Shown here in pieces: positions 8,418 to 17,192 of a DNA stretch of 64,000 nt. A program made the translations under genes and the position numbers. How positions within the stretch are numbered: position 1 is the stretch's first letter; each line of letters starts with the position of its first letter. Source of the DNA: an uncultured virus (IMG/VR IMGVR_UViG_3300028380_000008) (lineage: Duplodnaviria > Heunggongvirae > Uroviricota > Caudoviricetes); IMG/VR virus record IMGVR_UViG_3300028380_000008; one strand, 5' to 3'. A model generated the notes under the pieces. It made no database searches and was not told the origin of the DNA. It saw nothing but the letters and a program-made list of their open reading frames with translations.

Positions 8418-9038
8418 CTACCTGCGAGACTTGCGCGCTGCGATGACCTCGCGAGCGCGCTGCGATAGTGTGTCGACCGGGACCATGGTCTGCCGCATGC
8501 GCGTCTCCGCAGCGGGCGACGGCTCGGACGAAGCCACAGCCTGCAGGGCGCAGTCGAGCAGGTCCGGCGCGGCGCGCAGGGCGATGTCCTCGACCCGCTT
8601 GACGTAGTCCGGCTGAGAGAGCGCCGTCGCGACGTCGCCCAGCACACCGCTGTCCAGGATGCACTGGCCGGCGCGCAGCGTGACCTGACCGACGCGCGCG
8701 CAGGACGCCGCCGCGACGAGCAGGCCGATGACCGCCACGGTGGCCATCGCGCCGACCCGCGCGAACCCGGACTCAGAATTCCTCTCAGGAGCGGGAGCGA
8801 CGCGCGCCACCATCTTGGCGTGGACCATCATGGCGGTGGTCTGCTCGATCCTCGCCTTCTCCTTCCCGTTGTCCGCCCACCCCTGGGCCCCGATGTAGAC
8901 CAGGAGCGGGGCGATGACGGTGAGGATCGTCTCCGTGTTGACCGACCACCCGAAGTGGGCGGCGACCGATCCAGCGCAGGCGAGCAGCGCGACGATGAAC
9001 TTCTTGCTCAGCAGCAGGTCTTTGACGACGTTAGGCAT
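8418..9038 (-). CDS. Holin-like membrane protein with internal lipobox segment
   Basis: SKKFIVALL...YIGAQGWAD two-TM unit; later third hydrophobic stretch ending AAASC; near endolysin. Confidence 0.55.
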   Translation of the reverse strand: MPNVVKDLLLSKKFIVALLACAGSVAAHFGWSVNTETILTVIAPLLVYIGAQGWADNGKEKARIEQTTAMMVHAKMVARVAPAPERNSESGFARVGAMATVAVIGLLVAAASCARVGQVTLRAGQCILDSGVLGDVATALSQPDYVKRVEDIALRAAPDLLDCALQAVASSEPSPAAETRMRQTMVPVDTLSQRAREVIAARKSRR

Positions 9039-9045
9039 GCCGACG

Positions 9046-9086
9046 ACGATGCGCTGATTGTGATCGGTCCGTCAAGTAGGTAACTT
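9046..9086. promoter_or_regulatory. Overlapping divergent leaderless promoters
   Basis: Minus TTGACG-18-CATCGT-7-ATG 9038; plus TTGTGA-17-TAACTT-7-ATG 9094. Confidence 0.55.
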
Positions 9087-9093
9087 GTACCTG

Positions 9094-9405
9094 ATGAGTG
9101 ACGGAACACATAACAAGCGGGAAGTGGTCAGAGGTTACTTCGGCTACGCGTACAGGAGCAACAACGGCAACGTAGTGATAGACCGACATCGATCTGATCA
9201 AGAACACCTGCTGTCACCTCAGACGAACGACACACAACCGCTTTACAACTGCAGAACGTACTTGAACGACGTGCTGCCTAATGACTGGATGGACAAGTTC
9301 GGATTGTTCATCGTCAGCCACGTGATCAACTCGGAAGGTGATGTGACCGCCGTCCAGATCATGTTCACGCCGCACGAACCGTCCGTGGTAGTGCAGTCAC
9401 CGTAG
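9094..9405 (+). CDS. Hypothetical protein, lower GC
   Basis: MSDGTHNKREVV...; own promoter. Confidence 0.6.
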   Translation: MSDGTHNKREVVRGYFGYAYRSNNGNVVIDRHRSDQEHLLSPQTNDTQPLYNCRTYLNDVLPNDWMDKFGLFIVSHVINSEGDVTAVQIMFTPHEPSVVVQSP

Positions 9406-10059
9406 CAGGTACGGGACGGGGTCCACCGGAGCGTAGCGGTCGACCGGGGAGACCTCGAAGTGCAGGTGCCGGCCGTCGTTGTCGGCCGGGTTGTCGCCGA
9501 CCAGGCCGAGGGGCGCGCCCGCGTCCACGCGGTCTCCCGTGCTCACGCGGAGATCGAGCAGGTGGAAGTACCCGCTCCTCCACCCGTTGCCATGGTCGAC
9601 CCAGACGCGGTGCCCAGTCGGGCTGTCGCTGGCGAGCTGGACCCGCCCCGGCGCGGCGGCGATCGCGAGCACGCCGAACGGGACCACCCACTTCGGGAGA
9701 CCCGCCGACGTCTTCCCGGCGGCGCCGTGGTCGCCCACGAAGTCGGGCAGGTCCCCCGGAGCCCACGGGTAGAACCAGTCGCACCCGTCGTGGTTCTGCC
9801 GGTCCGGGGGCCGGAACGAGCTCGTGATGACCGGCATGCGCCCGTCCGCCAGCACAGGTAGCGGGGGCCGCATGAACGGCGTCGGGTGCATGGCCTCCGC
9901 GATGGTCGCGACGGTCCGGGGGCCCGCCATCCCGTCCGGCTCGAGGGGCGGGGTCGTCGCGTGGTGGGTCTGCCAGAACCGCACGAGCTCGGTGACGTGG
10001 CCGATCGTGAGCTTCCCGCTGGTCAACTGAGCCGCGTTGTAGTCGTCTTCTCTCGTCAT
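9397..10059 (-). CDS. Endolysin: peptidoglycan-binding motif plus M23 peptidase
   Basis: VRFWQ...LEPDGMAGPRT; HDGCD and HLHFEV zinc motifs; AGGAG RBS. Confidence 0.85.
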   Translation of the reverse strand: MTREDDYNAAQLTSGKLTIGHVTELVRFWQTHHATTPPLEPDGMAGPRTVATIAEAMHPTPFMRPPLPVLADGRMPVITSSFRPPDRQNHDGCDWFYPWAPGDLPDFVGDHGAAGKTSAGLPKWVVPFGVLAIAAAPGRVQLASDSPTGHRVWVDHGNGWRSGYFHLLDLRVSTGDRVDAGAPLGLVGDNPADNDGRHLHFEVSPVDRYAPVDPVPYLLR

Positions 10060-10068
10060 CTCATCTCC

Positions 10069-10101
10069 TGGGGTATTTTCTATGGTTGGGGGTATACTCT
10101 A
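10069..10101. repeat. Second cluster of GGGTAT..TCT motifs; 10087-10101 is a perfect inverted copy of 489-503
   Basis: TGGGGGTATACTCTA versus TAGAGTATACCCCCA. Confidence 0.7.
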
Positions 10102-10383
10102 TGAGAGCCGGACTGCTCGTCGGCTTGCCTGCTGTCAAGCTACACGATCTCGTCGATTTCTAGAGCGCTGTTCTCCGTCGGTGAGCGTATGGTGTACCGT
10201 GTACACTATCGGATCCGATCGTTGACGAACCGCCTACGATCCGTGTACGAAGCGTAAGCGGGCCGGATCGAACCGCACCTGGTTGGTCGGTCGCGGCGGT
10301 GGCGTCGTCGAGGTCTCGGGTCTGTCGGGGCGGCCCGGTCCCGGCGGGCTCCCCTGGGGTCGACTCCGTTAACCCTGGTGGTC

Positions 10384-10590
10384 ATGGTGTGGAGAGCTCC
10401 GCCCGGAGGTCGGCGACCGCTCGGTCCTCGGTCGGTCAGCGCCGTCGGGGCGACCTTCGCCTGCCCCGCCTGCGGGTGCCTCGCCCGCGAGGGTCGGGGC
10501 CACGTCCGGTTCGCCGTCGCCCGCCTGCCCGTCGGTTCCGGGTCGGTCGACGTGTTCTGGCGCCCGGCGTGCCCCTGGTCGGCGTGGTAG
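10384..10590 (+). CDS. Possible small zinc-ribbon protein
   Basis: FACPACG...ACPW. Confidence 0.4.
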   Translation: MVWRAPPGGRRPLGPRSVSAVGATFACPACGCLAREGRGHVRFAVARLPVGSGSVDVFWRPACPWSAW

Positions 10591-10616
10591 AGCTCGCGCA
10601 GGAGGCTGCGAAGGAC

Positions 10617-10928
10617 ATGAGCGATGCGAAGACGAGCGAGACGGCGGTGCTGGGCGCGGCGGACCCCGAGAAGGTCTTGACCGAGGCGGACGACCTGACC
10701 GAGGAGGAGGTCGCGGAGGAGCCGTTGCTGCAGCTGTTCCGGTACCGGCACCTGCCGCCCGGGTCGCTGCGGGAGACCTCGCGGATGTTCTGCCAGCTGG
10801 CGCGGCGGGTCGCGCGGCTGCCGCGGAACCCCGAGCGCGCGGCCAGCCTGCGCAAGCTGCGCGAGGCCAAGGACTGCGCGGTGACGTCCCTGCTGTGGGC
10901 GGCTCCGCCGGCGCGCGGCGGGGCTTGA
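10617..10928 (+). CDS. Acb2/Tad1-like helical hairpin protein (candidate nucleotide-signal sponge)
   Basis: FRYRHLPP...PRNPERAASLRKLREAKDCAV pattern; AGGAGG upstream. Confidence 0.5.
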   Translation: MSDAKTSETAVLGAADPEKVLTEADDLTEEEVAEEPLLQLFRYRHLPPGSLRETSRMFCQLARRVARLPRNPERAASLRKLREAKDCAVTSLLWAAPPARGGA

Positions 10929-10962
10929 CACCTGCCAGCAGGGCGTGGTGGACTGCTGGCAG
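10925..10962 (+). promoter_or_regulatory. Leaderless promoter within a 10-bp inverted repeat
   Basis: TTGACA-18-TGGACT-8-ATG; CTGCCAGCAG-N11-CTGCTGGCAG. Confidence 0.5.
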
Positions 10963-12993
10963 ATGAGAGACGACGAGGACACGGTCAGGGACGAGGACGC
11001 GCTGGCGCTCTGCGGGGACGACGCGGCGGCCTGGGCCAGGGAGTTTGCGAGGGTCGCCGGCCGGCTGCCGGCGGGCGCGGTCGACGAGGACTTCGTCCGC
11101 GGCTGGTTCGCGAACGCGATCGAGCGCGCCTGCGACGCCCGGGCGCTCCGAGACGCCGCTCGGCAGGAGGCGGTCTCGGAGCGCGACCCCGGGCGGTGGG
11201 TCAAGTTCCCCGCCGGGTGGCTGGAGCAGCCGGGTAACAGCAGGCGGGTCGACCTCCTCGTGCTGGAGGCGCGCGGCGAGGTCCCGCTGCGGCGGTCAGC
11301 GGCGACTGCGTTCCCAGACCTCGCCGCCGCGGCGGAGGTCGCCGACCAGGCGGTCGCCGAGGCGCTCTGGCCTGGGGCGGGCTCGCCGGCGGGCGGCAGG
11401 TTCACCCGGCGCGGCGACGGCGCGGTCGTCGCCGCGGTCCAGTGGACGGACGACAACTGGCGCGAGGTCAAGTCCTGGATGGAGGCGCGCGGCCTCCGAG
11501 GAGCGCTCCAGCGGAGCGGCGACGACGGCCGCGAGGTGCGGTTCACCAGCAGGGACGGCAAGCTCAGCCTGGGGTGCATGCCCGGCGGCTGGTTCGTCGA
11601 GGGGTCCACGGTCGCCGCGCTGTCGCGCGAGCGGTTCGAGCAGCTGTACGAGCCGGCGCGGGGCGCGGCGGAGGCCGAGGCGACGAGCGTCGCGGACCTC
11701 CGCCGCGCCATCGGCGGCGTCCCGCCCGGCGGCGCGAGCGGCGGCGCTCCGGGGTGGCTGGTTCGGCTGCACCGGGCCGCCTGCGCGGTGGCCGGGGTCG
11801 AGGTCCGCGACTCGGTCGAGCCGACCGCGGCTCCAGCTGGGCAGCTGTTCGTCGAGAAGAAGCCGAGGCCAACCGTCAGCGCGGTGCGCTGGACGGGTGA
11901 CAACAAGGACGAGGTCAAGTCGTGGCTGAGCGCTCGGGCAACCGAGGTTCGGATTGACCGGGACCGCAAGGGGTGCGGTCTGGTGATCTTCGCCGACGAG
12001 GACGGCTCCGTCATCCGGCACTCCGCGCCGGGGTGGCTCGTCGAGGACAAGCTCGGCCTCGTCCACTCGATGACCGACAAGAAGTTCAACCTCCTGTACG
12101 AGCCCGCGCCGGCGCCCGTCGACGTCGACGCGCCGCTGTCGGGGTTGAGAGCTAGCCTGCGCGACGATCTCCGCCGCGCCTCGGAGCTCGCCCAGTGGCG
12201 AGCGTGGGCGCGCGTCGTGCTCACCCGCACCCCAGCGTCGCCTCAGCCGGGCGTCTCGCTGGACGGCGTCTCGGACCGCGACCTGCGGTGGAAGATCGCG
12301 CAGGCCATCACGGCGTCGTGGGCGCCGAGCGCGCCGCCGAAGATGACGAGCGAGCAGTTCGACCAGGCGTACGAGAGCGCCGAGCGCGCCGCGGGGCCTG
12401 CGGTGACCGGCGCGTGGTGCGTGCACCGCTGCGCCGAGGCTCCGGCCGACCGCGCGTGCGGGATCGTCGAGGTTGTTGGAGATGAGCTCTGGATCGTCTC
12501 GGACACCAACCGCGACGAGTGCCAGCACGGCATGCGCCTCTCCGACGCGGAGCACATCGCCGCGCTCCACAACGCGAGCCTCACCCCGCGGCAGGCGAGG
12601 GTGCTCGACGCCAGCGACTTCGTGGTCGAGGCGTGCGCCAGGGTCGCTACCGACGTCTACGCCGCGGGGATCGGCGACGTCCGGACGCCGTCGTGGGACG
12701 CGGCGACCCACCCGGTCAGGGAGACCGCGCGCGCGTCGGTGCGGGCCGTGTTCGACGGGACCACCCCGGAGCAGTGGCACGCGAGGTGGAAGGCGGAGAA
12801 GGAGGCCGACGGGTGGACCTACGGTCCGGAGAGGGACGACGAGGGGAAACAGCACCCGAACCTCCGGCCGTACGGTGAGCTGCCGGAGGCGCAGCGCGCG
12901 CTCGACCACCTGTTCGCCGTCGCCGTCCGCGCGACCCGCCGAGTCGTCGAGGAGGCCACCTACCCTCTGCTCGTCGTCCGAGGTCGGTCGTGA
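10963..12993 (+). CDS. Multidomain protein with two AVxWTxDN...GWxV...FxxLYEP repeats and a C-terminal RyR domain
   Basis: Internal duplication visible; PEQWHARW...GWTYGPERDDEGKQHPNLRPYGELPE is RyR-repeat-like. Confidence 0.7.
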   Translation: MRDDEDTVRDEDALALCGDDAAAWAREFARVAGRLPAGAVDEDFVRGWFANAIERACDARALRDAARQEAVSERDPGRWVKFPAGWLEQPGNSRRVDLLVLEARGEVPLRRSAATAFPDLAAAAEVADQAVAEALWPGAGSPAGGRFTRRGDGAVVAAVQWTDDNWREVKSWMEARGLRGALQRSGDDGREVRFTSRDGKLSLGCMPGGWFVEGSTVAALSRERFEQLYEPARGAAEAEATSVADLRRAIGGVPPGGASGGAPGWLVRLHRAACAVAGVEVRDSVEPTAAPAGQLFVEKKPRPTVSAVRWTGDNKDEVKSWLSARATEVRIDRDRKGCGLVIFADEDGSVIRHSAPGWLVEDKLGLVHSMTDKKFNLLYEPAPAPVDVDAPLSGLRASLRDDLRRASELAQWRAWARVVLTRTPASPQPGVSLDGVSDRDLRWKIAQAITASWAPSAPPKMTSEQFDQAYESAERAAGPAVTGAWCVHRCAEAPADRACGIVEVVGDELWIVSDTNRDECQHGMRLSDAEHIAALHNASLTPRQARVLDASDFVVEACARVATDVYAAGIGDVRTPSWDAATHPVRETARASVRAVFDGTTPEQWHARWKAEKEADGWTYGPERDDEGKQHPNLRPYGELPEAQRALDHLFAVAVRATRRVVEEATYPLLVVRGRS

Positions 12994-14063
12994 CCGCGAT
13001 CCCGGAGCTCGACGCCGCCCTGCTGCGCGGCGACCAGTTGTGGTACGTCGCGCACCCGGTGCACCCTACAGAGGAGAAGCTGTTCGAGGCGCGCCAGATT
13101 GGGTACGAGATCGGCTACGAGCAGACGGAAGAAGAGTACCGCCGGATGATCGTACGCGACAACGTCGCCGGCGGGAAGGCGTGGCTCCGGTGGCTCTCCG
13201 ACAGGTACCCGGCGCTGACGTTCGTCGCCCCGTGGATCGCGTCGCTGGACGGCGGGGGCGGGGACGACCTCGACCCGGAGCGCCGCGCGCGAGGGCTGCG
13301 CGACTGCCGGGTCACAATCCGCGCGTGCGCCGGGATGGTGCTCGTCGGTGGTCGGGTGTCGGCTGGGATGCGCGACGAGATGAGCTGCGCCGCGAGCGTC
13401 GTGGACCTGACGCATCTCGGGGAGAACCCTCCGGATACCGACTCGCAGGCCGCTCTGCGGCGCTCGCCGGACAGCCCGCGCGGGAGGTTGGTGGTCGTGA
13501 CCGACGACTCGGTCGAGGTCGACGGCCACCTCCTGAAGCGGGTCACCCGCGCGCGGGTGAACGTCGCCGCCGGGAAGGTGACGACGGTGGACGTCACGCT
13601 GGCGGTCCCGCGCGGCGCGGTCGTCTTCAGCGGGATGGCCGAGGTCTCCTGCGGCGCCGAGCCGCCCGCCGCGCCGGTCCCGGACCAGCCTCCGCCCGTG
13701 GATCGTCCAGATCTCGTCCCTGTGTGGGACATGGTGGTCACCGACATGGTGGTGATGCGGGACGGGGACCCGCCGAGGTACGCGACCATGCGCGCCGACC
13801 GGGCGCGCATCAACCTGGTGATCGCCGACATGCTCGTGCGGGACCGCGTCGGTCGCGAGCGCTACGGGACCCCGCTGACGGCTTACAACGGGCGTGACCA
13901 CATCGTCGACCTGTACCAGGAGCTGCTCGACGCCGCCGCGTACTGCAGGGCCGCGATCGTCGAGTCTGATCGACCTCCATTGACTAAGGTCTATCAGGAC
14001 ACACTCGAGCATCTCGTGGTCTTGAGAGGCTTGATCGGAGCGGTGGGAGACGTCGAGAGATGA
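12990..14063 (+). CDS. Nucleoside deoxyribosyltransferase-like (DUF4406-like) domain fused to an all-alpha NTP-pyrophosphatase-like domain
   Basis: WYVAHP...FVAPW...GGRVSAGMRDE; GRERYGTPL...NGRD...YQELLDAAAY. Confidence 0.55.
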   Translation: MTAIPELDAALLRGDQLWYVAHPVHPTEEKLFEARQIGYEIGYEQTEEEYRRMIVRDNVAGGKAWLRWLSDRYPALTFVAPWIASLDGGGGDDLDPERRARGLRDCRVTIRACAGMVLVGGRVSAGMRDEMSCAASVVDLTHLGENPPDTDSQAALRRSPDSPRGRLVVVTDDSVEVDGHLLKRVTRARVNVAAGKVTTVDVTLAVPRGAVVFSGMAEVSCGAEPPAAPVPDQPPPVDRPDLVPVWDMVVTDMVVMRDGDPPRYATMRADRARINLVIADMLVRDRVGRERYGTPLTAYNGRDHIVDLYQELLDAAAYCRAAIVESDRPPLTKVYQDTLEHLVVLRGLIGAVGDVER

Positions 14064-14815
14064 GCGTCCTCGTCGACAGGGGGATCCTGGACGCGATGGT
14101 CAGCGGCGCGATCGTCATCAGGCCGTTCGACCGCGCGTGCCTCGGGACCAACAGCTACGACGTGCACCTCGCGCCGACGCTGCGCGTGTACAAGAGCGGG
14201 GTAGAGCGCGTCGACGTCGTCGGTGGCGGTTCTGAGATGATCGACCTCCTCGGTCCGCTCGACGTGCGCGCGCCGCGGGAGACGGTCGACGTCACGATCC
14301 CGGAAGAGGGGTTCGTCCTCGAGCCGGGAGAGCTCTACCTCGCGTCGACGGTCGAGCACACCGAGTCCCGTGAGCACGTCCCTGTGCTCAACGGACGGTC
14401 CAGCATCGGGCGCCTCGGGCTCAGCATCCACGTGACCGCGGGCACCGGGGACGTCGGGTTCCGAGGGTGCTGGACGATGGAGCTGTTCGTCATCCGCCGG
14501 CTGCGCGTGTACGCAGGGATCCCCATCGGGCAGCTCCTGTGGTTCACGACGGACAGCGCGCCGCTCGTCCCGTACGGAGACAAGGCGTCGGCGAAGTACG
14601 CCGACGCCGGGCCGCTCCCGATGGCGAGCATGCTGCACGCGGAGCTGAAGCCGGCGTGCAAGCACGTCCGGATCAAGACGGGCGGCCTTGTAACGACGAT
14701 CAACCGGGCATGGTTGGTGGAGACCTGCCTAGATTGCGGAGCGACCCGGACCACGAACAGCCGGGGCTCCGACCCGAGCGCCTGGGCGACCGCCGGCGAT
14801 GGAGAAGACGACTGA
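14060..14815 (+). CDS. dcd: dCTP deaminase
   Basis: NSYDVHL, GRSSIGRLGL, TAGTGDVGFRGCWTMEL, IGQL. Confidence 0.93.
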   Translation: MSVLVDRGILDAMVSGAIVIRPFDRACLGTNSYDVHLAPTLRVYKSGVERVDVVGGGSEMIDLLGPLDVRAPRETVDVTIPEEGFVLEPGELYLASTVEHTESREHVPVLNGRSSIGRLGLSIHVTAGTGDVGFRGCWTMELFVIRRLRVYAGIPIGQLLWFTTDSAPLVPYGDKASAKYADAGPLPMASMLHAELKPACKHVRIKTGGLVTTINRAWLVETCLDCGATRTTNSRGSDPSAWATAGDGEDD

Positions 14816-15054
14816 TGGGTAAGCTCGACGGGTTCAGGCAGGTCACGCTGTACGTCAACCCCGAGCTGTACGAGCGCGTGCGGTGCTCGTCGTACAGCCT
14901 CGGCGAGGACATCTACGAGTTCGTGGACGAGGCCCTCGCGTCCGCCATCGAGCGGCGGATCCCGAAGGCGGAGCAGCCCGCCATCAATTTGATGAGCCGC
15001 CAGAACATCAAGAACGGGAAGACTCGGCGACCTCGACGAGGACCACCTCGGTAG
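14815..15054 (+). CDS. Ribbon-helix-helix-like small DNA-binding protein
   Basis: QVTLYVNPELYERVR...EFVDEALASAI. Confidence 0.55.
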   Translation: MGKLDGFRQVTLYVNPELYERVRCSSYSLGEDIYEFVDEALASAIERRIPKAEQPAINLMSRQNIKNGKTRRPRRGPPR

Positions 15055-15346
15055 CGTCTTCCGGCACGATGTGCAGCAGATGACTCGACCGATGTCGTCG
15101 ACGATGGATCTCTTGCGTGGCGCGGCGATGAGGTGCATACTTTCGAGCGGAAGGTGTGCCTCGCCGGTGGTTCCAGCACCGGATATCAAAAACGTAAAGC
15201 CCTACAGCGTTCCGATCGCGGAACACCTCCCATGTACAACGACGCCCTCGCCCTCCGGTCCGCAAGATCTCTTTGAGGGCGAGGGCGTCCATCGGCATTT
15301 TGAAGCGCCCTAGGCGCGGGTGCTCTCATGCGTCGCAGGAGAACAC

Positions 15347-15487
15347 GTGGCGATAAAGGTAGCTGGAGCGAAAAAGAAGAAGAAGCGCGGCCTGATCCAG
15401 AGAGCGGGGAAGGCCGTGAAGAAGCTCGTCAAGCGGGCTCGCGGCAAGGCCGCGAAGAAGAAGGCCGGGACCAGCACGAGCGGCTGA
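15347..15487 (+). CDS. Highly basic 46-aa peptide (not in ORF track)
   Basis: AGGAGA RBS; MAIKVAGAKKKKKRGLIQRAGKAVKKLVKRARGKAAKKKAGTSTSG. Confidence 0.65.
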   Translation: MAIKVAGAKKKKKRGLIQRAGKAVKKLVKRARGKAAKKKAGTSTSG

Positions 15488-16227
15488 CTCCGCTGGCGGA
15501 GAGCTTGAATCTGCTCCGGGAGGTCCGGGCGAGCTCGCCCGGCGTGATCATCGGGCTGAGCGGAGGCAAGGACTCGCTGGCGACGCTCGACCTGTGCGTG
15601 CGCGAGTTCGGCGCGGCCCGCGTGAGGGCGTTCCACATGTACCTCGTGAAGGGTCTCCGCTGCGTCGAGCGGACCCTGCGGTGGTGCGAGAGCCGGTACG
15701 GGGTCGCGGTCGAGGCGGTGCCGCACTGGACGCTCGCGAACGCGTACAAGTACGCCTCCTACATGCCGCACCGATCTCGGACCGACGGGTGGAGGGACAC
15801 GCGCATGAGGGACATCGAGCAGGCGGTGCGCGCCAGGCTCGGCCCGTGGTGGATCGCGTACGGCCACCGCATGTGCGACAGCATCGAGCGGGTCGGCATG
15901 CTCTCCAGGAACGGAGGGCTGGACGCCGCCGGCCGCCGCGTCTACCCGCTGCGGGTGTGGAACGAGGCATCCGTGATGGCGTACCTGCGCGCGCGGAAGA
16001 TCCCGCCGCCGCCCCGGCTGACGATCCTCAAGAGGTCGATGACGGGCGTCTCGTTCCAGGAGGACGTGCTGATCGCGATCCGCGACAGCTACCCGGACGA
16101 CTTCGAGAAGATCGTCGAGAAGTTCCCGTACCTGCCGGCGAAGCTGGTCAGGTACGAGCTGAAGAGGAAGACATGGAAGCAGAGCACGTACGTCGACAAG
16201 TGGCGGACGTCTCTCAAGGACAGATGA
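15484..16227 (+). CDS. PAPS-reductase-family PP-loop protein (IbrA/DndC-like); start uncertain
   Basis: IGLSGGKDS, GHRMCDSIER, YPLRVWNEASVMAYL. Confidence 0.8.
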   Translation: MTPLAESLNLLREVRASSPGVIIGLSGGKDSLATLDLCVREFGAARVRAFHMYLVKGLRCVERTLRWCESRYGVAVEAVPHWTLANAYKYASYMPHRSRTDGWRDTRMRDIEQAVRARLGPWWIAYGHRMCDSIERVGMLSRNGGLDAAGRRVYPLRVWNEASVMAYLRARKIPPPPRLTILKRSMTGVSFQEDVLIAIRDSYPDDFEKIVEKFPYLPAKLVRYELKRKTWKQSTYVDKWRTSLKDR

Positions 16228-17192
16228 TGAAGAAGCAGGCGACAGGAGGCGGCAGCCTCCACCCAGCGCAGAAGTTCGTCGTCGCGCGCGTCCACCGCGA
16301 GAAGATCAAGAATGCGCCGTACAACCCGCGACAGATCGACGACCACGCGAGGAAGAAGCTCAGCAACAACATCAAGAAGAAGGGGTTGCTGGACGCGCTC
16401 GTCTGGAACAAGCGGACAGGTAACCTCGTGTCGGGGCACCAGCGGTTGAGCATCCTGGACGACCTCAGCAAGACGGGAGTCAGCTACGCGATAGACGTCG
16501 CGGTGGTCGACCTGTCGGAGCGCGAGGAGAAGGAGCAGAACCTGTTCTTCAACAACCCGAGCGCTCAAGGTGACTACGACGTCGATAAGCTCGGGAAGAT
16601 GATAGTAAACGACGAAGTCGACTACAAGTTGTCGGGGTTCGACGACATGGACCTGCAGATGCGGTTCGAGGGCACCGACTACGCGGTGACGATGTTCGAC
16701 GACGACAAGGCGCCGCAGTCGGTGCAGGACGACCTGGAGCAGCTGGAGGAGATCCAGCGCATGAAGCGCGAGCGGAAGGCGCACCGCGACCGCGACCAGG
16801 ACGCCAACGACCCGGAGTTCTACGCGGTGGTCGTGTTTCCGGACCGCGACGCGCAGGGGCAGTTCATGGAGCGCGTCGGCATGGACAGGAACGCCCGCTA
16901 CGTGGACGGGGCTCGCCTCCACACGTCGCTGGAGGCGGCGAAGCCGCGGACCAAGACGTACGACGGCGAGCCGTTCGAGGAGATGACGTTCTGGGTCGCC
17001 AGGGACCAGAAGCAGGTGATCGAGGACGAGCTGACGCGCATCGCGGCGCTGATGCGAGGGAAGAACCTGCGGGGCCGCGCGCTGGAGGCGATGGCGGTGA
17101 TATCGTCGCAGACGTCGACGGACAACATCATGGGTGAGGAGCCGGAAGCTCGACCCGAACCCAAGCCGAGGAAGAGGAGATCAGATGCCTGA
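16224..17192 (+). CDS. ParB/Srx N-terminal-domain protein (IbrB-like)
   Basis: APYNPRQI...LVWNKRTGNLVSGHQRL; ATGA overlap. Confidence 0.85.
   Translation: MMKKQATGGGSLHPAQKFVVARVHREKIKNAPYNPRQIDDHARKKLSNNIKKKGLLDALVWNKRTGNLVSGHQRLSILDDLSKTGVSYAIDVAVVDLSEREEKEQNLFFNNPSAQGDYDVDKLGKMIVNDEVDYKLSGFDDMDLQMRFEGTDYAVTMFDDDKAPQSVQDDLEQLEEIQRMKRERKAHRDRDQDANDPEFYAVVVFPDRDAQGQFMERVGMDRNARYVDGARLHTSLEAAKPRTKTYDGEPFEEMTFWVARDQKQVIEDELTRIAALMRGKNLRGRALEAMAVISSQTSTDNIMGEEPEARPEPKPRKRRSDA

Noticed and set aside
15008..15313. Overlapping ORFs on both strands between the RHH-like gene and the basic peptide
   Set aside because: No frame has a convincing RBS, codon bias or motif; left uncalled
15328..15483. 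N-terminal extension of the PAPS-reductase-like ORF
   Set aside because: Overlaps a better-supported basic peptide gene with an AGGAGA RBS in another frame
16224..17192. ParABS partition system
   Set aside because: No ParA ATPase adjacent; context fits an IbrAB-like pair
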